13,986 nucleotides of DNA. It comes from an uncultured Deinococcales bacterium. GTDB taxonomy: Bacteria; Deinococcota; Deinococci; Deinococcales; JAAFIG01. Positions 1 to 7,682 of this stretch are shown here, piece by piece (position 1 is the stretch's first letter; each line of letters opens with the position of its first letter). The position numbers and the translations under genes are program-made. Where the stretch lies: positions 1 to 13,986 of the forward strand of contig CAXTKV010000143.1 in NCBI GenBank assembly GCA_964244895.1, written 5' to 3'. The notes under the pieces were generated by a model, which was not told the DNA's origin, did not search any database, and saw nothing but the letters and a program-made list of their open reading frames with translations.

Positions 1-26
1 GACGGTCTTCTCGTCCGTGCTCGAGT

Positions 27-32
27 TAAACT
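27..32 (+). promoter_or_regulatory. -10 element TAAACT of a probable leaderless promoter
   Basis: TAAACT lies 6 nt before ATG 39 and there is no Shine-Dalgarno sequence. Confidence 0.65.
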
Positions 33-38
33 CAGCCC

Positions 39-950
39 ATGCCAGACTTTGCCCTGAAAGAATTGCGACCGAACGCGTACTGCCTGCCCGGAGCCGTCAA
101 CGTCGGCGTGATCGGCGCGCCGGACGGTGGCGCGATCCTGATCGATTCCGGCGGCGACAAGGATCACGGCAAGCGCATCCTGAACGCCTGCCGCGCGGCC
201 AATCTGGAACCGAGGGCGATTCTCAACACGCATTCCCATGCTGATCACTACGGCGGCAACGCGTACTTGCAGGCGCAACTCGAGATTCCCGCCTACTGCC
301 CGATCTTCGAGGAAGCCATCCTGAGGTACCCGATTCTCGAGCCGATTTACCTGTATTCCGGCGCGAGACCTCCGAAGGCGCTCCAATCGAAATGGTTGAT
401 GGCGCAGGCATCCGGCACGAAAATCCTCAACGAACCCGGCCTGAAAACCATCGCGGGCGTCGAGTTGGAATTGATTGAAACCTCAGGGCACGCCCACATG
501 ATGTTCAGCGTGCGCTTCGGTGAGGTTTTATACGCGTCCGACGCCGTGTTCGGTTCGGCGCTCTTGCAAAAATACCCGCTGCAATTTGCGGTCGATATCC
601 AGCGCCAGCGCGAGGCCGTGGAAGCCGTGCGGGATTCGGCTCGAGCCTGCGGCGTGCGGGTCGTGCTGCCCGGCCACGGCGATCCGACCGAGGATCTGGA
701 GGGCTTGTGCGGCGCGAACCTGACGGCCATCGAACGCGCGTCCCAGGCGATTTTCTCCGCCTGCCACGACCCCGGAACCCTGCCTGAAATCCTGGAGCGC
801 GTCTGCGCCATGCTCGAGATCGCGATGACCGACATGGCGCGCTACCACCTCAACCAGACGACCGTTCTGGCGCACTTGACGGATCTTCTAGAACACGAAC
901 GGGTCGCGGCAGAAATCTTTAACAATCGCTTGCTGTGGCGCGCGATCTGA
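39..950 (+). CDS. MBL-fold metallo-hydrolase
   Basis: 303-aa ORF with ILIDSG, THSHADHYGGN (HxHxDH), GH, ASD and LPGHG metal-ligand motifs; the C-terminus may be a helical or winged-helix extension. Confidence 0.9.
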   Translation: MPDFALKELRPNAYCLPGAVNVGVIGAPDGGAILIDSGGDKDHGKRILNACRAANLEPRAILNTHSHADHYGGNAYLQAQLEIPAYCPIFEEAILRYPILEPIYLYSGARPPKALQSKWLMAQASGTKILNEPGLKTIAGVELELIETSGHAHMMFSVRFGEVLYASDAVFGSALLQKYPLQFAVDIQRQREAVEAVRDSARACGVRVVLPGHGDPTEDLEGLCGANLTAIERASQAIFSACHDPGTLPEILERVCAMLEIAMTDMARYHLNQTTVLAHLTDLLEHERVAAEIFNNRLLWRAI

Positions 951-1056
951 ACGCGGTACCGAGCCTGAAACCAGCGCCGTTTACGGGTCTTTCGGGGTCT
1001 GGGCGGCTGCACACTTGAGCCCGGCGGTCTGGGCCTTCACACTTCATCTCGGGCAA

Positions 1057-1085
1057 TTGCCGAGAATCGCTTCGGGTGTCATACT
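1057..1085 (+). promoter_or_regulatory. Putative sigma70-type promoter, TTGCCG-17 bp-CATACT with extended TG
   Basis: TTGCCG at 1057-1062, TG at 1077-1078, CATACT at 1080-1085; ATG at 1096 has no SD. Confidence 0.5.
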
Positions 1086-1095
1086 TTTGTGGTAC

Positions 1096-1818
1096 ATGGC
1101 GCACAAGCGAATCCTGGTGGTGGCCGACATGGTTCACCCCTTCATCTACCGGGACGCGTTCCCAGGCGGCCTCGAGCCGATAGACCTGATCCTGTGCGCC
1201 GGGGATTTGCCTGGGTACTACATGGAATTCCTGGCGACCCGCGTTCCCGCGCCGGTCGTGTACGTTCACGGCAACCACGGCGAGGAAAAAGTCAAGGATT
1301 ACCTGGGGAAAGAAGCGCCACCGTCCGGCGTGGAAAACGCGCACGGTCGCGTGGTTCGAGCCGCCGGGTTGATCATCGCGGGCTGGGGTGGCGCACCCCG
1401 GTACCGAGAGGGCGGTGAAGGCCAGTACACGGGTTTCGAGGCGCGCGTGGGCCTGGGCAAGCTCAAGCTGCCCCTGTGGTGGAGTCAACGCCGCGAGGGT
1501 CGGGCATTGGACATCTTCTTGACGCACGCGCCGCCGCCGGGGCCGCACGCGGGCTCCGATTTCGCGCACCGTCCGTGCCGCGCGCTCGGCGAGTTCGACG
1601 CGCGATACAAGCCCGCGCTGCACGTCCACGGGCACGTTCACGCCTACGAGGGCAAGAAGGTCGAGTACACCACGCCCGAAGGCACGCGCGTGATCAACGC
1701 CTACGGTTACAAGTTGCTCGAGGTCGACCTGCCCGTCCTGACCAAAAAATCGCGCGTCTCGCAAACCGAAGCGCGCCAGAGCGACGTGTCGCTGGCCGCC
1801 AGCGCCAACCGACGCTGA
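1096..1818 (+). CDS. Calcineurin-like metallophosphoesterase (Icc-related)
   Basis: Motifs VVAD, AGDL, VHGNH, LTHAPP and HGHVH. Start moved to ATG 1096 (MAHKRILVVAD) because family-like sequence begins there. Confidence 0.88.
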   Translation: MAHKRILVVADMVHPFIYRDAFPGGLEPIDLILCAGDLPGYYMEFLATRVPAPVVYVHGNHGEEKVKDYLGKEAPPSGVENAHGRVVRAAGLIIAGWGGAPRYREGGEGQYTGFEARVGLGKLKLPLWWSQRREGRALDIFLTHAPPPGPHAGSDFAHRPCRALGEFDARYKPALHVHGHVHAYEGKKVEYTTPEGTRVINAYGYKLLEVDLPVLTKKSRVSQTEARQSDVSLAASANRR

Positions 1819-1840
1819 AAAGACTCTCCAGCAGGGAACT

Positions 1841-1864
1841 GAAATCTCGCGTCCAGGACGGTCT
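1841..1864. repeat. REP-like unit (single copy)
   Basis: gaaatctcgcgtccaggacggtct is a 23/24 inverted match to 2955-2978 and is followed by CTCGAG at 1866. Confidence 0.75.
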
Positions 1865-1970
1865 ACTCGAGTCGCGCGCTCAGGGTGTCTGACGATTCAC
1901 AGATGCGAGACGGGTATCATCTATGCTCAGTGAGACGGACGGGGTTCCGTCCTGAGCACCGGAGGTGAAC

Positions 1971-2885
1971 GTGTCCATCCAACACCAACAGGCCGAACGC
2001 GATGCAGAAACGGCCATGCGTCGGGCCTTCATTCACGATATCCTGCACGTTCTGCGCGGCGAACCGAACGAACTCCTGCCGTTCGAGGCGGTCAAGACGC
2101 TCCGTCCGCGCGGCGAGCATTACAAGGGCATGCAGACGATCCCCCTGGAAAACATCATCGGTAGCGTGGATCGCTACCGCGATTTCGACGAGACCTTCCT
2201 GCCCAAAACTGAGCACCTGGTGGATCGCTGGGTCAACATTCGCCGCTTGAAGCTCGAGGGCAAGGAATTGCCGCCGATTCAGGTCTACAAGGTCGGCGAG
2301 ACGTATTTTGTGAAGGACGGCAACCACCGCGTCAGCGTGGCCCAGGCCGAAGGCCAGAAGTACATCGACGCCGAGGTGATCGAACTCGACGTGGCCGTGC
2401 CGCCCGTGCCGGGCGACGAACTCAAGGACCTGATCATCAAGGGCGAGTACGCCTGGTTTCTCGAGCAGACGCACCTGGACGCGGAGCGCGTCGGTCATTA
2501 CGAGATCCTGTTCAGCACGCCGGGCCGCTACGACATCCTCCTGGAGCACATCCGCACCCGCCAGTACTACCTGGGCGAAAACTTTCAACGCGCCGTCCCC
2601 TGGGAGGAAGCCGTCGGCAGCTGGTACGACCGCCTGTACCAGCGCATGGTCGACGAGATGCGAGCCACCAACACCCTGCGTTCCTTCCCGAGCCGCACGG
2701 AAGCCGATCTGTACCTCTGGATGATGGATCACCGCTACTACCTGACTGAGCAATACGGTCACGATGTCGGATCGAAAATCACGGTCGTGGATTTCACCCG
2801 CAACCACCGCCCGCCGTGGCATTCCAGATTCTTGAAACGGCTCTCCTCGTGGTGGAACCGCACCACGGAGCGCGTCCGGGTCTGA
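1971..2885 (+). CDS. ParB/Srx-like N-terminal domain plus DUF4032-like C-terminal protein
   Basis: LPPIQVYKVGETYFVKDGNHRVSVA is a ParB/Srx-type signature; two related C-terminal segments (EHIRTRQYYLGE and WMMDHRYYLTE). SD GGAGG at 1961-1965 supports GTG 1971 over GTG 1965. Confidence 0.8.
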   Translation: MSIQHQQAERDAETAMRRAFIHDILHVLRGEPNELLPFEAVKTLRPRGEHYKGMQTIPLENIIGSVDRYRDFDETFLPKTEHLVDRWVNIRRLKLEGKELPPIQVYKVGETYFVKDGNHRVSVAQAEGQKYIDAEVIELDVAVPPVPGDELKDLIIKGEYAWFLEQTHLDAERVGHYEILFSTPGRYDILLEHIRTRQYYLGENFQRAVPWEEAVGSWYDRLYQRMVDEMRATNTLRSFPSRTEADLYLWMMDHRYYLTEQYGHDVGSKITVVDFTRNHRPPWHSRFLKRLSSWWNRTTERVRV

Positions 2886-2953
2886 ATTGAGCCGGTCTCG
2901 AGCACCGTCTCGGGTTCGAACGAAACGACGCGTCCGCTTTCCACGTAACCGGG

Positions 2954-3013
2954 AAGACCGTCCAGGACGCGAGATTTCTTTTCTTAAGAATGTTGTCTCG
3001 GACGGTCTTTTTT
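2954..3013 (+). repeat. REP-like inverted doublet followed by a T6 run (possible terminator)
   Basis: aagaccgtcc (2954-2963) and ggacggtctt (3000-3009) form a perfect 10-bp inverted repeat; T run at 3008-3013. Confidence 0.7.
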
Positions 3014-3161
3014 GTGTGCGCTCGATTGTGCGCGTCGGCGCTATGGTGAACTTCACGGGCGCTCTCATGCTCGACGGTTAACGTGTGCCGTCGCTCGAGC
3101 TGTGAACGAGGGTTTCAACACCACGGCTTGACGGGTGTTCGAGAGCACCGAGGAGGTTGTC

Positions 3162-3602
3162 ATGAAACGCGTCCTGCGCGCCCTGATCGTTGTGTTGGCC
3201 TGTTGTTCCGTGGCCGAAGCCAGAGATTACTTCGGCGTCCGTCTGGGGTTTCCGGGTCTCGGGCTGCAAGTCGGCTCGACGGATCTGATCTCTCGGAACC
3301 TCGGCGGGCGTCTGACGGTCGATTTCGTGTACTTCCGCAACGGCGCGGTCGTCGGCGGCGACATCCTGTACACGCTGAACTTCGACACCCGCCGCTCAGC
3401 CCTCGATTTCGCGCTGTACTTCGGGCTGGGCGTCGGCCTGGGCGTGTCCAACAACGCCTTCGATTACGACCTGCACGGGGTGATCGGCTTCGAGTTCCTG
3501 CCGATCCGCGACCTGGGTTTGTTCGTCGAGGTGCGCCCTCTGGGATTCACGACAGGCGGATACTACTTCGGCGGCGCGATCGGGCTGAACTTCGGGCTGT
3601 AA
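3162..3602 (+). CDS. Exported protein, probable small outer-membrane beta-barrel
   Basis: SD AGGAGG at 3151-3156; signal peptide MKRVLRALIVVLACCSVAEA; Gly/aromatic alternating strands ending GLNFGL. Confidence 0.7.
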   Translation: MKRVLRALIVVLACCSVAEARDYFGVRLGFPGLGLQVGSTDLISRNLGGRLTVDFVYFRNGAVVGGDILYTLNFDTRRSALDFALYFGLGVGLGVSNNAFDYDLHGVIGFEFLPIRDLGLFVEVRPLGFTTGGYYFGGAIGLNFGL

Positions 3603-3685
3603 TCGGACGCGAGCCATCGGCGAGCCCGGCAATTTCGAGTCGGGCTGGGCCTCGGAATCCTGGCGTAGCCCGGCCCGAGAAAGTC

Positions 3686-3736
3686 GAATAGACCGTCCTG
3701 GACACACATATTTCTTGCGTTCAGGACGGTCTATTC
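3686..3736. repeat. REP-like inverted doublet
   Basis: gaatagaccgtcctg (3686-3700) and caggacggtctattc (3722-3736) form a perfect 15-bp inverted repeat. Confidence 0.85.
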
Positions 3737-3858
3737 TGGTTTTTGAGTGATATGAAATACGGGCTCGAGAAGCCAGTTCGGATACGTGCCACGCGGATTT
3801 TTTGCCCGGCGGTGGTGAGCCGTGACCGAATCGCCCGTCACCCACGCGAAGCAGGCCG

Positions 3859-3864
3859 TATACT
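3859..3864 (+). promoter_or_regulatory. Putative -10 element TATACT
   Basis: Near-consensus -10 about 17 nt upstream of SD AGGAGG (3881-3886). Confidence 0.5.
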
Positions 3865-3892
3865 GCCACAGACGTTTTCAAGGAGGCATCGG

Positions 3893-4459
3893 ATGACCAC
3901 CTTTTCGAGCACGGCACGCGCCATCGCAGTCGCAGTCGCCGCACTGGCGTTCAGCAATCCGGCCCTGGCCGGGCCGAGCGCGTTCGTGGAACGGGCCGCG
4001 CAGCTCAGTTTCGGCTACAGCGCGATCACCAATCCGGGCGTCGCCTTCGGTGTCGGCATCGAATTGCCCGTGGAACTGCCCTTTCCAATCGATTTCAGCC
4101 TGGGTGCGGACATCAAGTACGCGGGCAGCCTGAGCGGCGACCTGACGGCCAAGGCGCTGATCTTTCCGGCGCTGGGCGGCAACCCGCCGATCGGTCTGGC
4201 GGTGGCGGTCAAACTGAGCGCCTTGCAGGTCTTCAACACCTTCGGTGTGCGATTCGGGCTGGGGCCGGTGGTCAGCTTCGATTTCTCGCCGTTGGTGGTC
4301 AGCGCCAGCCTGATGCCGAGCATCGGCTGGCCCGGAATCTCGCTCGATCTGGGATTGGGCGTGCGCTACTACCTCGACCCGATCGCGATAGAGGCGGCGC
4401 TCGAGTGGGCGACCTGGGGCGATTTGCGCGCCACCGTCGGATTTCGTTACCTGTTCTAG
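3893..4459 (+). CDS. Exported protein, probable outer-membrane beta-barrel
   Basis: SD AGGAGG at 3881-3886; signal peptide ending PALA; amphipathic strands (LDLGLGVRYY); C-terminal beta-signal-like VGFRYLF. Confidence 0.72.
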   Translation: MTTFSSTARAIAVAVAALAFSNPALAGPSAFVERAAQLSFGYSAITNPGVAFGVGIELPVELPFPIDFSLGADIKYAGSLSGDLTAKALIFPALGGNPPIGLAVAVKLSALQVFNTFGVRFGLGPVVSFDFSPLVVSASLMPSIGWPGISLDLGLGVRYYLDPIAIEAALEWATWGDLRATVGFRYLF

Positions 4460-4524
4460 GGCTTTCAAAATTGCACCAGAGGCTCGAGCCGATCCGTTCC
4501 CTCGAGCAGATCGAGGTCTGAGCC

Positions 4525-5406
4525 GTGAATCCCGCCCTTGCCAAACCCACTCCTCGCGGTCGCGTCAGTATTCTGCGCCCGGCCTGGTGGGGCGTGATTC
4601 CGTCATTGACGCTGCTGGTGTTGTTCATCGGTTACCCGCTGGTGCAGGTCATCGGCATCTCGACCCTCAAATGGGACGGTGTGGTGGCCGGTCAGGGCAT
4701 CGGGGCGGGCAACTACCAGCGCTTGCTGACCGACCCGGACCTGGGTCGCAGCTTGTTGATCACGCTGGCCTTCGCGGCGCTGACCCTGCCGATGTTCGTG
4801 TTCCTGTCCGCATTGACGGCGATGGAACTCGAGGGTGGGCGCTTCGAGCGTTCCCTCAAGGCGCTCCTGTTTTTGCCCGGTCTGTGGACGGTCGGGGCGA
4901 GCGCGATCGGCTGGTACACGCTCTACTCGCCAGAGTACGGCTTGCTGGCGAGCGTCACGAACGGGTTTTTGAGCCTGCCGTGGGATTCTCAGGGTTGGGC
5001 GGCGCTGCTCTTAATCGCGGCCTTCACGATCTGGCAGCACGTCGGTTACGGCGTGCTGGTCGTATCTGCGGGTCTGAAGGGCATTCCATCAGAGGTGCTC
5101 GAGGCGGCGCGCGTGGACGGCGCGAGCGAATCCCAGTTGCGCTGGCGGATCGTGCTGCCGTTGCTGCGCCCATCGCTGGTGTTTTTGAGCGTGGTCGGGT
5201 CGCTGTACGCGCTTCAATCCTATACGGCGGTGCTGCTCTTGACGCAGGGCAGACCGTTCGGTTCGACCCGCGTGATCGGGTATTTCCTGTACGAAACTGC
5301 CTTCGTCAAATTCGAGTTCGGCTACGGCGCGGCGCTGTCCGTGATGGCGCTGATCCTGGCCTTCACCGTGGCGGGCGCTCAGGCGCGTCTCCTGAGGGCC
5401 GATTGA
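4525..5406 (+). CDS. Carbohydrate ABC transporter permease (MalF/UgpA-like)
   Basis: Hydrophobic segments; EAA loop EVLEAARVDGAS; LLTQGRP and FGYGAALS motifs. Confidence 0.9.
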   Translation: MNPALAKPTPRGRVSILRPAWWGVIPSLTLLVLFIGYPLVQVIGISTLKWDGVVAGQGIGAGNYQRLLTDPDLGRSLLITLAFAALTLPMFVFLSALTAMELEGGRFERSLKALLFLPGLWTVGASAIGWYTLYSPEYGLLASVTNGFLSLPWDSQGWAALLLIAAFTIWQHVGYGVLVVSAGLKGIPSEVLEAARVDGASESQLRWRIVLPLLRPSLVFLSVVGSLYALQSYTAVLLLTQGRPFGSTRVIGYFLYETAFVKFEFGYGAALSVMALILAFTVAGAQARLLRAD

Positions 5407-6242
5407 TTCCCGTCGCCCGCCCTCACGATCCCAGGGAACGCGTCTCGAGCGGCGCGATCCCGCGCGGCACGTGGTTCGGTCGGGTGGTGGTGGGATTGCT
5501 GGTGATTTTCATCGCCGCACCGATGCTGTGGCTGGCGTACAGCGCCTTCATTCCCAAGGAAGCGCTCTTTTCCGGCGCGACCATTCCCGTCGGCTTCACG
5601 ATGAACAACTTTCTCGAGCTGCCGTTCGCGGAACTGATCCGACCGCTGATCGTCAGCCTGGTGCTGTCCAGCCTGGTGGCCGTGCTGAACGTCGGCATCG
5701 CGCTGCCCGCCGCCTTCGCGATCCGTTCTGGCACGCCGATATTGGGCGCGTACCTGTTCTTGTTGTCCGTGCCGGTGGAATTGCTGTTGATCCCGTTGTA
5801 CGGGCTCTTAAAGGACCTGCACCTGCTGAATTCACCGTTGGCGATGGTGCTGCCGTTTCTGGCCAGCCCGTTCACGGTGTTCTTGATTTACGGCGGTCTG
5901 GTGCGGTTGCCGTGGGCGTACGTCGAGGCGGCCAAGCTAGACGGCGCGAACAACCTTGCGATCATCGTGCGCGTGATCGCACCGTTGCTGCGCCCGGAAC
6001 TGACGGCGGCGGGCGTGCTGGCGTTCGCGGCGCACTGGAATCTGGTGCTGTACCCGGCAGTCGTGATGAACGATCAGCGCTGGTGGACGGTGCAGGTCGC
6101 GCTGACGAATTTATTGCGCAAAGACCCGAACAACTGGGGCGGGCTGGGCGCGGCGGCCATGCTGACCAGCATCCCGATTCTGATTCTGTACGTGATTTTC
6201 GAGCGCCGAATCACGCGCACGATCGAGGGCGGGTTGAAGTAG
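5403..6242 (+). CDS. Carbohydrate ABC transporter permease (MalG/UgpE-like)
   Basis: EAA loop YVEAAKLDGAN, HWN, and C-terminal IEGGLK. Probable TTG start at 5403 overlaps the upstream stop (TTGA); the exact start is uncertain. Confidence 0.85.
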   Translation: MIPVARPHDPRERVSSGAIPRGTWFGRVVVGLLVIFIAAPMLWLAYSAFIPKEALFSGATIPVGFTMNNFLELPFAELIRPLIVSLVLSSLVAVLNVGIALPAAFAIRSGTPILGAYLFLLSVPVELLLIPLYGLLKDLHLLNSPLAMVLPFLASPFTVFLIYGGLVRLPWAYVEAAKLDGANNLAIIVRVIAPLLRPELTAAGVLAFAAHWNLVLYPAVVMNDQRWWTVQVALTNLLRKDPNNWGGLGAAAMLTSIPILILYVIFERRITRTIEGGLK

Positions 6243-6293
6243 AACCAGTCTCGAGCCCGCACGCGAGGGTTCCGGCGTCTCCCGAAACGGCGG

Positions 6294-6299
6294 TAAACT
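6294..6299 (+). promoter_or_regulatory. -10 element TAAACT of a probable leaderless folC promoter
   Basis: Lies 7 nt before ATG 6307; no SD. Confidence 0.65.
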
Positions 6300-6306
6300 C
6301 GTTCGG

Positions 6307-7584
6307 ATGCAGGAACAGATTGATTGGCTGTTCGCGCAACAAGAGCGCGGTATGCACCCTGGACTGGGGCGGATGGAGGGCTTGCTGGAGCGCCTCGGTC
6401 ACCCGGAGCGCGCCTTCAGGTCGGTGCAGGTGGCCGGCACGAACGGCAAGGGTTCGGTCACGCGGATGCTCTCGAGCATGATCGAAGCGGCGAAACTCGA
6501 TCCAAGTTGGGGGCCAGTAGGGGAGTACACCAGCCCGCACCTGCACCGCGTCAACGACCGGATTCGGGTCGGCGGTATCTCGATTGCGGACGCGAAACTC
6601 GAGGGGCTGATCGAGCGTTTTCGGGATCTGAACGCGGACATCGGCGCGACGTTCTTCGAGCTGCTGACGGCCATGGCGCTGGAGCACTTCAAGGATTGCG
6701 GCGTGAAATGGGCGATTCTGGAAGTCGGGCTGGGCGGGCGGCTCGATGCCACGAGCGCCGTGCCAGCCGAGTTGTCCGTCATCACCAACATCGGCCTGGA
6801 TCACACGGAATACCTGGGTGACACGCTGGAATCGATCGCGTTCGAAAAGGCGGGGATTCTTCGAGCGAACGTCCCCGCACTGACGGGCGCGATCGGTGGG
6901 GCGCTCGAGGTCATCCGGGCTCGGGCGACGGCACTGGGTGCGCCGCTGTGGGTGCTGGGCGAGGACATCCGGCTCGAGTACCGCAACCTTTCGCTGGACG
7001 GGCTCGAGATTGACCTGACCACGCCGCTCGGCTCATTCCGGGGTCGCACGCACCTGCGCGGCGACCATCAGGCGAGCAACGCAGCGCTCGCCGTCGCCGC
7101 CGCGCAACGCCTCGGGCTGCCGCCACGAGCCATTCAGGGCGGCCTCGAGAACGCCCGCTGGCCTGGAAGGCTCGACCTGGTTCCGGGCGCGCCACGGACG
7201 CTCGTGGACGCCGCACACAACCCGGACGGGGCGCGCGCGCTGGCGCGGTTCGTGAACGGCCTCCGGATCGAACACGTCACGCTGATCGTGGCGGGCTTGG
7301 CGGACAAGGATCTGGAAGGAATGGCCGCCGAACTCCACGGCATCGCTAAAAACGTGATCGTCACGCGCCCCAGCTTCGCGCCTCGAGCCGCGATGCCCGA
7401 ACAGATTGCGGCCTTCTATCCGGGCTCGCGGATCGCACAGACCGTGCGGGACGCGCTCGAGACCGCCGCAAAGATCACCCCGAAGGATGGCCTGATCGTC
7501 GCCGCCGGAACGATTGCGCTGGCGGCGGAAGTGCTGGAGCATCTTCGGCGTCTCGAGCCCGAGGCAAGAGCGCGCTGGCAGTGA
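6307..7584 (+). CDS. folC: Bifunctional folylpolyglutamate synthase/dihydrofolate synthase
   Basis: Motifs VAGTNGKGS, YTSPHL, EVGLGGRLDAT, IAFEKAGI, WPGRL and DAAHNPDG. Confidence 0.97.
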   Translation: MQEQIDWLFAQQERGMHPGLGRMEGLLERLGHPERAFRSVQVAGTNGKGSVTRMLSSMIEAAKLDPSWGPVGEYTSPHLHRVNDRIRVGGISIADAKLEGLIERFRDLNADIGATFFELLTAMALEHFKDCGVKWAILEVGLGGRLDATSAVPAELSVITNIGLDHTEYLGDTLESIAFEKAGILRANVPALTGAIGGALEVIRARATALGAPLWVLGEDIRLEYRNLSLDGLEIDLTTPLGSFRGRTHLRGDHQASNAALAVAAAQRLGLPPRAIQGGLENARWPGRLDLVPGAPRTLVDAAHNPDGARALARFVNGLRIEHVTLIVAGLADKDLEGMAAELHGIAKNVIVTRPSFAPRAAMPEQIAAFYPGSRIAQTVRDALETAAKITPKDGLIVAAGTIALAAEVLEHLRRLEPEARARWQ

Positions 7585-7587
7585 ACA

Positions 7588-7637
7588 GGAACACCGTCCA
7601 GCACGCAAGTTGAAAGGTGCGTGCTGGACGGTATTCC
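7588..7637. repeat. REP-like inverted doublet
   Basis: accgtccagcacgca (7593-7607) and tgcgtgctggacggt (7618-7632) form a perfect 15-bp inverted repeat with a ggaa/ttcc outer extension. Confidence 0.85.
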
Positions 7638-7667
7638 CGTGTGGCGCACCCCGTCCTGCGGCGGCTC

Positions 7668-7676
7668 TGGTACGAT
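7668..7676 (+). promoter_or_regulatory. Extended -10 (TG-n-TACGAT) of a probable leaderless hisC promoter
   Basis: TACGAT at 7671-7676 lies 6 nt before in-frame GTG 7683. Confidence 0.6.
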
Positions 7677-7682
7677 TCGTGC

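Noticed and set aside
3623..3678. Two overlapping GC-rich hairpins after the first beta-barrel gene as a switch or terminator
   Set aside because: There is no U-tract and the stems are GC-only with wobbles; this cannot be distinguished from chance or a generic 3' stabiliser.
4587..5402. Apparent 551-aa permease with a long N-terminal extension
   Set aside because: The extension is an off-frame overlap of the first permease; permease-like sequence begins only near 5403.
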